Origin: Iphione sp. A-MEVVRFRX5
Taxonomy: Eukaryota
Direction of reading: 5' to 3'
NCBI GenBank assembly: GCA_976226885.1
Contig: OZ320313.1
Location: 115,258,001 to 115,322,000, forward strand
DNA length: 64,000 nucleotides
In this document: piece after piece, positions 53,501-64,000 of the stretch
Layout of the letters: the number at the start of each line of letters is the position of its first letter
Position numbering within the stretch: the first letter of the stretch is position 1
Position numbers and translations under genes: made by a program
The notes under the pieces: model-generated
Seen by the model: the letters and a program-made list of their open reading frames with translations, nothing else
Databases searched by the model: none
Told to the model about the DNA's origin: nothing

Positions 53501-55654
53501 ATGTTTGGGATGGTAGCCGTTAATGATGTTGGTAATCAAACACTACTGCTTCAGGAAAATGGTACATCTGGACGATTACTTTCTAGTGGAGAACATGGAG
53601 AATAGAATGATGACGTTAGATAAGTGAGAGCAATGAATACAGTTTTAGAACCTTCTGGAAATGTATGTGATATGCATGTGGCATCAGGAGATAATGGACC
53701 CTCTATTATTATTCAATTCTCAGAGAGAAATGCACGACCCTCAGTCCCTTTACACAAATGCCATACAACTTTATATCATAAAATAACAGATTTTCTGTAA
53801 TAAAATCAGTCTTGAACTATACCAGCTGAGTAAGTGTCTTCACTCTCGGCTCGTGATACACAAGGGATCAGTAAGGCTGACACCTGGGAACAAGTTCCTT
53901 GTGATAGAACATGCTTCAAAATTTACAGTGGGGTTAATCCAAGAAACCTGGCCATTACAGACCATTCCCTAGAAATGCTTGGATAAAACATATCTCGATT
54001 CTTGTATTCAATTAGCACATGACTAGAAAGGAGCACAGGAAATAAGATTGTCAGTTTTGTAGCTTTCTACTGTACATAAACTTTAGTTTCCATACTAAGG
54101 CGAAAGGTTTCTATTTTAAGTCCTTTTGTCGCAACCCTCCTAAGGCAGGACAAACAAATCGTAAAAAAATCCGTATAGCTCTGGTGGCGTTGCTTGAATT
54201 TCTTGCTGCATTCAGCGTCAGCCAAGCTGATGCCTGAGGCAAAGATCAGTCCTAACGACACTTTAATTACACGTCCCCATACTGTGCCCTGTTGTTGACG
54301 ATCTGACCCTAAGGAGACACCTTAGAAAGAGCCTCAGGCTGCGTTGGCTTACTTGACGTAATTACTTCGACTGAACCAAATAGTTTGTCATGTTGCATGG
54401 CTGTTGGCAGGCTTATTTGGTTGCATCCCTTTCTCTGGAGGATGAGGCCAGCTACAACAAAAACATGAGCAGTGGGGGAAACTATACTATGCAGTGCTAT
54501 AGCTACAGCGCCGATATGTTTCCATGCAGCAGGCAAATTGGCCGGCGAAGGATTAGGGATCATCTTTCCAGACATAAGACACCCCGCGTATATCCCTCCT
54601 TACAACTAGATGGGCAGAGCTCGGATCGAGGCCAGTCGTAACAAGGCTCCAGTGCTGGTGGACATCGTTGCGGTAGATCTCTGCTGTGCCCTGACATCAA
54701 TCAGGCAAGACCGACAGGGCCAAACGTCAGTCTCGAGAAATGACGTCACTGGCCAAAGTGGGTTGGGATGTTGTGCACCGGATGACATGGACCGACGAAC
54801 TACAGGCTTGGTAATTACTCCAGGGTGTTAGCTCGACCATGATTGCGAAGCTTATGGACGGACTAGAACTACTAGAAAGCGGAGTGCTATGCACGTAATA
54901 TTTTATGGTATAATCTACTCATTAGCAACTCGCGTGAGTTCTTTTGATTTGCTACTGTTCGGTATGTATGGGAGAAAAACGACGGTGATAGATATTTTTG
55001 ATTCCATCAGTTTTATTTATCAAAGATACAAATATAAGCAAACACTTCCCTAACATGACACTATATACAAACCGCTAGCACATGTATAGTCAGCGACGAA
55101 CATTGCTGACCGGACAAAATATATATCTATCTGGATACGAAATATTACATTCATCTTTTTTTTTTCTTCCTGAAAGCCGATCCAAGTATAATCCAGACAC
55201 AGACACACATAGATACCTTGAATCACAGTATGATAAGAATATTACTGGTATATCTGTTGCTTGTATCATTTTACTATCCCATCAGGCCGACATAGGTAGG
55301 CCTATGTAGGAAGTCAGAATAACTTTCTGTTTGTCTGCTTGTAGCAGTACAAAATGAAAACCACAAGTTATTCCCGCCTATTTTTGTGCTCTGCACAACC
55401 CCCAGGCTACATGAACAATATACACGTACATGCATTGTTTCATATTTATCTCCCTCTGACTTCCAGGTAAGTTAAGTGCGAATAGAATTTGGAGCACTAA
55501 GGGAACAAAACGTTACAGTTTTTTTCCGGTGCAGTTTTGTAATTTTACTGACTTCAAACGAACTTTTGCACAGCCTGACTTGTTTATAAGTGGTAGAAAC
55601 ACTTCTCTGATCTTACTATTGAAACGAATGAGGCGCTTCTCTATCTTAACCTTC

Positions 55655-55770
55655 TGTCTCCCCTCTCCCTCCCTTTCTTATCTGACCGTCTGTCTCTGTT
55701 TTCCTCACTAACCCTCATTCCATCTTTCTCACCCATTCTCCAACTGACTCACTCATTCACTCGCATGTGT
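55655..55770. repeat. CT-rich/(TCAC)-like low-complexity tract
   Basis: tctcccctctccctccctttc...ctcactaaccctcattccatctttctcacccattctccaactgactcactcattcactc. Confidence 0.6.
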
Positions 55771-58700
55771 GACTATGTCTGTTGGAGCAGTGATTAATTG
55801 GCAAGAGACAACCACCGGGAAAACCAAAGGCTCGCTGCCACAGCAGCTCGGCGACAATGGCCAGCTCGCATCAAACGGCACATTAGTTCCGAGCCGTAGT
55901 CCGCACCATCAAGACGCTTCACAGCCTTCATCCTAAACGAAGTTAAAACCGCCACCCGCCTTGGGCCCCAAGGCGCCGAGATTAGTCGTGACGTCCCCAT
56001 TTCACTCGCAGACTTGCAATTATCCGGAAGGAGAGGTGGTCCCATGGGATTTCACAAGCGTCCGCTTGAGATGTGGAATGGAGTATGCTGGTACCGGAAG
56101 TTAAGCGTCAGTGCTATACAAAAGAGGGAGGAGTGCGCACCCCGAAGAAACCTGGATTCAGAAAAGGCAATCAGCATTCTGGGGCACTCAGAGTGCTCGC
56201 CAACATTTTTAACAACAAAGTATCTGTAAGAGTCATTGGACAAGGGGTCCTTCAAAAGCACCCTTTCTTCTTGACTGCCATGCCCAAAAGGGCCCTCGAA
56301 GCAGCCGCTACTCGTCTAACAAAGAAAAATTTCCCACCCGACTAAGGCAATTCATTAAAAGTAACGGAGACACAAAGATGCAGCGGGGGAGATAAAGAGA
56401 GACAAATAGAGATGTTGTCATGCGGTAAAAACGGGAGGGTAGATGGATAGTGGCTATTCAAACATAGATCGTCAGGAATGTCTCATTTACTATGAAGGCT
56501 GTCTATCAAATTTCGCTTTTAGGGATACAATCGCAATGACCTCTCAGAGCCATTTTGCTACCAGCATCGTTAACACAGTTATGACATGGTAAGACGAAGT
56601 GTGAGATTCCTATCACCATTAATGACACATCACATGCATGTCAAATGTCCCTACATGTTCGGCCATTATCGTGCTGGTTTATGGCTCGGGAAAAGAGGCA
56701 AGTTGCTGTTTACTACCGAGTGACGCTCGACTGCTTATAGATGTGATCAAGCAGAGAATGGTCGCGCCATCTGAATGGCACATAACTCTTACGAGGACAC
56801 ACGGTTTGGACATACATTGAAGTCGCTTTATTACAAAGCCTTCCCTTTTTATGAATGACGTTAGTACAGTAGGAGCGCTGGCAAGGATAGAGAGAAAAGA
56901 GAGCCCCTAAAAGTCAATGAATTTTAGGTAAAGTATCTGTAACGGACATTCTGATATTTTGAGACAGATTAAGAGCATGGTCATCAATATATTGCATGCG
57001 TCCCTATAGGATATTGTATGCATTAATGCATTAATATGTACCAACTAATGTATGTATCCATGTATATGCATATTCATAATACGGACACTGACCACATTAC
57101 CTGGAATCTCATTGGACAATCAATAGCCATCTGAACTGATTATTATGGACTATGGTTACAAATGCAAGAAAGGTCCTGGTCTCCTTACGGCATCAATATA
57201 CTGCTAAAACAATGGAACGTCAGAAATCGGCAGACGATAGGGACTGGTTGTAGCTCTCCTCATTGCCAGTCAGATCTTATTTCTGAGCTCTTACAATTAA
57301 GAGAAAAAACATTTGTTCTCTTCATATCTGCCCCTATCTTGTCCGTTCTGGCTCGCAGTCTGCTCGAATGGTGTCGTTCCACTGTATATTATCCATTTCT
57401 CATTAACAATAGCGTGTGCTCTCATATTATGTCATCTACTGAACACTCGTCTCTGGCATACCTCTGTCCACAACAACCCCACATTGAGGTTCCTCTTAGC
57501 TACATTTTATTTGCCTGAGACTTTGACTTTCACATAAATCTTGACATCATGATTATCAATTAAAAGCATGAAATGAAGCAAAAAATGATACCGTGGTCGT
57601 TCAAATTAGAAATAGAAATAAAGGGATCTGAGAACTCATTTGAATGTTTTTAGTAGTAACTTTGCGAGTAGAATTACCCAGGTCTCCCACACATTTATTA
57701 CTGATTCGGAAAATGAACTCCTGAACGTTACCCATTTCACATCGGGGGAAACGAAAATTAGGACACTTAAATGAAAGCTTACGATGCCTTCAAACAGGCA
57801 AAAGCTAATAAATCACAAGGAAAACTTGGCAAATGGTGCATAAATTATTAAGTCTAATATTTACGATTCTTAATAATTTTTTTTGCTTTCAATCTTGCAG
57901 CCCTGGTCTTATTTTAAGATTTGCAATTTCCATCTCAGAAACGTGACAGAGAGATAGTTCGACTACATTACCTTGATTAGGGAAGGAGATTTTCAACAGG
58001 GCCTTTGAATCTGACTCCTTTGCACTCTATAATTTTAGACCCTTTGTTCCCTCTCTGCCATAAAAAAAAGTCAGAAAAAAAATCAAATCATTCCATATAG
58101 CATTTTCAATAATGGCGGTGCAGGCTTGCCGAGTACGCCGTTGCCTGAAGCCTGATTGCTGCTGAAACATTTCCATTCTCCTACATTTCAGTTATAACCC
58201 ACAGAGAGGCTTTGACTGTTCAAATATTAACCACCAAATTTATTGTCTTTAGTTGCGGCAAAAAGCTACCTGCTAATGTGTTTACTGAGAGAATATGGCG
58301 ATCTTTGGAGTGAGGCCTATACAAACAACTTGCTCGTGGAAGGAGTTCGCCTGATGGGAAAGGCATGTGTTCCGCTAGGCGTGGCACCTTTTTTTGTGTA
58401 CCGAGTAGAGGTCCCCTGGGTGTTAATAAAAAAAGACTAGAAAGATACTAGGTAATCGACGATGGTACAAAATGCTTTTCAAGAGTCATTAATATCTTCA
58501 ACCGATGAACGAAATCGGCGTTTTGAACAGACCAACTGTGCTACCACCGCAAGAAAGCGCTACGAACGTCCATACGGAACAGTTAAGATGTGGATATCAA
58601 AGGCTCTAACCTCAACGGGGCGCAAACGTGAGCTACAAGGGATTGAATAATACGACTCTAAGAATACATCTTCAAATGCATTTTCTCTTCAGTATGATGT

Positions 58701-59680
58701 CACAATGAACATTTACTATAAATAGGTGTTTGTTCTCTGGTTGACAGTGCAGCGTTGCTTGTCGAAACAACTGTGTACCTGTTTCAATGATCATTTGAAA
58801 GGCCAGGCGACTGTGTTCACAGCACCCCATCGAGAGGCGTGTACACACAGTGAATAGCTCCCTCTATGCTGAATGGGTATGTGGTAGAATAAATTTGGCC
58901 AAAGGAATGTTTTTAGCTATTCAGCCTTTGCCTCCCGTAGAGGTAAAACAAACATCATATTGATAAGAACCTACGCATACTGCCCACTGTTTATGGAGAC
59001 TTTTAAGCAGTCTTTGCCTTTTTAACATTGCATTTAGTGCAAAATCAACCGTGAACAGAAGATAGCAAAGGCAATAGCTCGTCGCCACAAAGCACCGTAT
59101 TTGATATTCCCTCTATTCGACATGTATGCTAGCTAAGCAGTGTGTATTTGTGTATGTATATGAGTGTTGTCCATACAAAGGGGATTTCTACTATTTATGT
59201 TCAGCTTGCCTGCTTCACACCAACAGAACTTCACAATACTCGCTCCATTGACAGTGGCCACAGGAGACTTAAGGTGAAGGAATACTCGATAGACCACTTC
59301 TACCGGAATGAATGCAGTGGTCTAGGAGCTACATTAGGGGGGGGGGGGGTAACCTGTCTGCAGCAGGCAGCCACGCACAACGGACCCCGGTAGCAAATCA
59401 AAGTTACTCATGGAGCGGGAGTCGACGTAAGGATCATTTAGCCTGTCAGAGACGTCGGGCTGCCAAAGGTGCCACATAAATGACCACATGTCTGAAATAC
59501 TCCAGTGACAATCTCAAAGTCTCCGAATAAATGCAATACAACTAAAATCTACCGAATCACTGAACCTCAGGTAACTGCTACGCTTCCCAATTCTGGTATG
59601 CCACTTCTACTCTCAGCACTGAATATTGTTATACGCACTAAATGGAAAGGTTGGCCGACGAGGCAGTAGCAGGTACTCAC

Positions 59681-59761
59681 CCAACAGAGAGCCAGGGCAA
59701 CGAATAGGATCGACAGACCGCCAATGTGCATTGTAGATCCCGATTTACCCATTCTTACCAT
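59681..59761 (-). CDS. THSD4: Probable first coding exon encoding a signal peptide (exon 59681-59762)
   Basis: Acceptor attctggctgctAG (59763-59764), ATG at 59761, reading MVRMGKSGSTMHIGGLSILFVALALCW (basic N-region, hydrophobic core). Consensus donor TGG|GTGAGT at 59679-59680 in phase 0, matching the phase-0 acceptor of exon 32297-32501. The linkage is inferred, not transcript-proven. Confidence 0.65.
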
Positions 59762-60081
59762 CCTAGCAGCCAGAATAATGAACGTATATCCAAGCTATTG
59801 CGTGTCCTGGAGATGATGCAGATTGTCTCTATCAAGATTTTCCGACCAAATGGGTAATCCTGGGGAATTAATCAGTCATATGAAGAATCAATGATAACTT
59901 CCAGAGATGATCGATTGGCAGTTGGTAAAGTCATGTGTACACAGTGGTGAAACATGTACAGGCAATGCCCTGAATGAGGCTATAATCTAGGTGGCGATAT
60001 TGAAAGTGGCCAAAGGTCTCTGAGTCAAGCAAACCTAATCTTGCGAGGGACTCGTGGGGTGCCACTGGCACAGCAACTCAC

Positions 60082-60350
60082 GCTGTAAGACCAGGCCTGC
60101 TCCGGAGCCTTTAACACCTGTCCGACGACCCAGCTGTTCGGGCGAGGCTGCTACTACCCATTTGGACTGGGGATGCTCAAACAGGCTCTGCGCCCGGTTG
60201 TCTCGTTGCTGTGCACAATGCAACTAGGTGTTCGCGTGGGTGACTGCCACTTCTTGTAGCCAACGGCTTCGGCGTAGCGGGCTGTGTGCGCGCTGGCTCC
60301 GCTCGCTGCTGGTGCTGACTCCCCCGGCGTTCGGCCGTCCAGCCTCCCTC
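60082..60350 (-). other. Probable non-coding first (5'UTR) exon; 5' end uncertain
   Basis: Donor AGC|GTGAGT (plus-strand AC at 60080-60081) lies 319 bp upstream of the signal-peptide exon acceptor. The segment is GC/CpG-rich with no long ORF in phase. Splicing would give the start context GCG-ATG-G. Confidence 0.45.
60111..60161 (-). other. Short upstream ORF (MGSSSLARTAGSSDRC*) in the putative 5'UTR exon
   Basis: ATG at 60161-60159 and TAA at 60113-60111 on the minus strand. It is only meaningful if the UTR exon is real. Confidence 0.3.
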
Positions 60351-60600
60351 AGACACATGCCCGACAAGCCAGCCAACCGCAGCCCCCGCTCGCTGCCCTC
60401 GCTAGCTCATGGGCGCCACCGACGCAGCCAGGTATTACCGGGGGGCAAAACTGATCCGGGCTGACTGCTGTCAGGGCACCTTTCACGCCGGAGATCGACT
60501 TCAAGCCTTCGTTCAAACTGTTGACATGTGGAGCAAGCGGTCGCTCGATCGGAGAAGCCAAGAACTGAGCAAGAGAGGAATTTGGGAGCAGTGCCTGTAA
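60230..60600 (-). promoter_or_regulatory. CpG/GC-rich promoter-like region
   Basis: Clear local excess of GC and CpG (e.g. cggcgtagcgggctgtgtgcgcgctggctccgctcgctgc, cgcagcccccgctcgctgccctcgc) against an AT-rich background, immediately upstream of the putative UTR and signal-peptide exons. Confidence 0.5.
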
Positions 60601-63600
60601 CTGTAGGTTTCCGTATGGTGGCAGTTGACGTTGTCTCTATGGCTCCTTCCTTAAATCATCAACTAGCTCACATCGTGCACGAAAATGGGGCGCTCCCTGT
60701 TAGCCTGAAAGCGCGTGTCCCTTTAACAGACTGCTGTTTCCATACATCAATGGAGATCACACAAACTGGGAGGCTACTGTACCGAATGTTTTATATGTAT
60801 CAATATTTACACGTGCATATTTTAAATTTCGTCTTCGACAACAACGTTTGACTTTTTGGTCTACATTGCAATGAATAAATGACACGTGATTATATAAGAG
60901 GTTTCGTGCAAAAACATGTACTTATTGCATTCAGTATCTTCCGTAAAGTTTTCTTGAAAAAATGGCACAGTTTATTGACTGATTATTTCATTTTTCATAT
61001 ATTTCCTCTATTCAATCTGTACTAATTAATCCTTATCCCCCCTGTCGACAGTGGAACGCGCTTCAACATAAATTTAGGAGACACTACGAACAATCAAAAG
61101 TACATAAACCTAACCTAAAGGATTTGTGACATCCAAACACAACGGGGGGGTTCTCTGAAAACATCTGTAGACTCCCCGATCTCTTGCCTGTTCAGAAGTG
61201 ACGTTGAGTGATGTGAAACATGGTAAATCGAATGCGGCGCTAGATACAGAGGCATGAGTATGGCAGGATATGTGGCACGCACGACTGGCGCGACATCACG
61301 ACTGGTGTAGCACTGTACACTGAGCAGAGAACTGCTAGGACGGAAGAAATAACACATCGTGGCTTGGATTTCGATGATGTCGGACTGTCAATCAAAGAGG
61401 GGAAAAAAGGTCCGAGAAATATCTGTAATTTTTAGAGGGTAAAATCTAGCAATTGACTAGGATTGTTGCTTTGTTAGACATGATAGCTTATCGTGGTGTG
61501 ACAGAATATAAATGATTCACACGAAATATCTCAATCTAGCCGTCTCCTTCTCCTTCGGTTACCCGCTCCCATCAATTTCAGACAGAAGAATCACAGAGGC
61601 TTGGTGAGAAAAAGAGTCCCCCTTTGTGTATGTGTGTGCGTCTATTTGTGCAGAAGCAGCAAAGGAATTACTGCCAGCTGTAGCCATTGTCTTGTTGTTG
61701 CGATGGTTGTCATGGGAACTAAGGCACGCTAAGCCAGAAACAGTCACAAAAACGAATCTGGCAGGCATCACTCTCTTTGTTGTCAGTAACCCCTTCCCTA
61801 CTTTACCATCGTGTGTTAACTTCCAAAGTTACCGTCTAATCCACGACGTTATTTCTGTCTTCCACCTGCTACCTGACTGCAAAGTCGTTGAAAACATTGA
61901 GTAATCTAATAGAGGACAGGAAAAAACACACAGGGAAGGATAATTAAGAGAAATGAATTGACGAAAGATACACGAGCAGAATGCCTGAATAATATTCATA
62001 TTGTTTCAAATCTCTACTTATGTGCAACTCAAGAGTCACACTAACGAGGAAAAAAAAACCTTCAGAAATGCAAAAGATTTAGGTTGCCAGTACTCTATCC
62101 AAATACACGAGCATACTATAACTGATCCAGACATACCAAACACCGGAAAGCCACATCTGAGGGAGACCTGACATCTGGATCAGAGCGCAAATAAACCAAC
62201 AAAAGGACACCGACATGTTGACCACCAGTACAGGAAAAAAGCTGTGCAGCGCCCATTCTTTAAACATACCATATTTTCTCCATTTAACGTCGGGACGCCA
62301 TTGTTTCGCAGTGGTCTCTCACATCCGCTCCTTGACTGGAAAAACTTCCATGGGTGACCTGGTTACAAATGACTTCAGTTTTATTTAGTATTTTCCCTCT
62401 TTGCCAGTCACAGCCAATTTTGCGGTAGCTGATGAGTGACTTGCTCTCTCTCCCACCTCAATTTTAGCTCTATAGAGAACTGCTCACGAGGATAATAGCC
62501 GGTCTGGCTCCTTCCATGTAAACGGTGCAGTATAGATTGAAGTACCACTCTTCTTTCACATGAAACGTGGAACAACGCATAGTACATTATCTTCCCCGTG
62601 CTGTCTGACCGAAATCTAACAGTCCATTCACCAGTATGTGTACTTAGTACCGTACTTTTGCATATGTGTTTGTAAAACAACTAATGTATTAAGTTATTAA
62701 GCAAGGCCAATCAATTCTTAAATCTTCAGGAAGCAGTACAAACAGTAAGAGAAGCAGTTATAATTTCAACGACTGAATTTAAACACCAAACGCCATTCTC
62801 AGACGAGGCAAATAATTATTATACAGGGAAAAGGGGAAGATCTGGTTAAAGATGAACTATCAGGTAACTAGCCCATCGTCAAGGTAGAACACTGCATCCT
62901 GTCAATTAGAGGATGAGAAACATTTGAAAACCAAGGCCATATGATTGCATTGAACGACTGAAGGGTTGTGTCTGGCTTATGTAGATAGAATCCACAGAGA
63001 GGAGCAAATGTCATGTTGAAATCTCGAGTCTTTTTCGACGTGTGTTTACATCTTGTGGATGGCATAAGCCAAACAAGTAGACAGATCCCTTTGTGTTACG
63101 TTCCAAACTTTGACAGCCGCCTTCTCATGAAGTCGCTTCTTACCCCTGCGCGGGTGGTTTTGTGAGAAAGTTAGACAAATAGGCTTCCCTCCCATGATGA
63201 CCGCTGTCATATATAGTCAAGACGGAGGAGACATGATCCCCACCAGACTACCTCTTTATGTCGAATACATAGTGACAGGAGGAAATTATCAAAGACACTG
63301 TTACCTCAACACTTTATTACTCTCCCTCCAATATAATCCTACCGGCTAAGAAAGTACGTACAGGAGAAACTAGAAGTCTGTCTGTCAAGCATGTGAGAGA
63401 GCGTCACAACCCATCCACATGTCTTCCCGAACGGTGCTACAGAAAACATGTAGCTGTCTGATTTATAGCTTGTGTGTGACCGCGCGCTACTGACTTAGAG
63501 CATGACTGTCAGTGGCTCTTAATTAGACTTCCTATGCCCAACCAATTAGGCTTCCTATACCCGTCCAATAAGACGTGACAACTGGGTGGATATATATGAG

Positions 63601-64000
63601 ACGGGGACTCTGATGGTGTGTCAATCTTCACTAGTTACCATAATGTTTTTTTCGTAGTAAAAGCTTGCAGTACAGCTTCACATAAAATACTCGTTTCAAT
63701 GCTAACGATCACTAATTTATGCAGAGGTTTGTAGGAGCCTCCATATCGATCAGTCTCATGCAGACGCATATCCAGTGAATAAAAATTAGAAATGAGATTC
63801 GGTGACATTTTCTACAGGAAAGTGATACGGCGTGCCGCGCCCCAGAAATCAGGTGCAACTGTAGTGAAGACAGATGCCTTACCAATCAGGTATCATATTG
63901 TCCTTGGAAGTCCGTAATGAGTCCGCAAGTCACGTATTACCTTTCACATTTTTGCCTGGACATTCCCTTGATGTGACTAATAATTATGTCTTTGTTCGTG

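Larger units (their letters stand above)
1..60600 (-). other. THSD4: Span of an ADAMTS-like (THSD4/ADAMTSL4 family) transcription unit. It is 3'-truncated at the left edge; the 5' boundary is approximate and longer-isoform exons may lie beyond 64000.
   Basis: Four minus-strand coding exons with AG/GT boundaries and matching phases (0, 1, 0) give 1001 nt of continuous open frame: signal peptide, GCD..CGVCGGDNTSC, spacer (GY..V..IP.GA.NI.I.E, NFLALK, INGNW, AGTVF.Y.R, GPTNE, YEY), then linker. Family assignment is from recalled motifs, not a database search. Confidence 0.8.

Noticed and set aside
54550-54680. Minus-strand Cys-containing frame (CYDWPRSELCPSSCKEGYTRGVLC) faintly resembling a TSR
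   Set aside because: It lacks WxxW, is bounded by stops and has no usable donor.
62079-62267. Hydrophobic minus-strand ORF (MSVSFCWFICALIQ...) as an alternative signal exon
   Set aside because: Available donors are phase 1 or 2, not the required phase 0, and the ORF terminates.

Overview
Eukaryotic, intron-rich genomic DNA, most likely amphioxus (Branchiostoma), inferred from strong TACATGTA enrichment and a chordate-type ADAMTS-like gene. No prokaryotic systems, CRISPR arrays, rRNA or tRNA genes are visible. The window is almost entirely one minus-strand gene of the ADAMTSL4/THSD4 (ADAMTSL6) family, with canonical GT-AG splice sites and consistent phases. In transcription order the exons are a probable non-coding exon ending at 60082, a signal-peptide exon (59681-59762), a Cys-rich-tail/spacer exon (32297-32501), a second spacer exon (5849-6033) and a spacer-end/linker exon (1-530, cut by the window edge). 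The introns between them are 319, 27179, 26263 and 5318 bp. The main observation is that the signal-peptide exon is in phase to splice directly onto the 'RVGCD' exon, and I found no TSP1 or upstream Cys-rich exon between them. This resembles the vertebrate short ADAMTSL6-beta isoform. The rest is intron with microsatellites, small tandem duplications, one possible MITE and a few promoter-like motif clusters. Nearly all ORFs in the supplied track are spurious or shadow frames.
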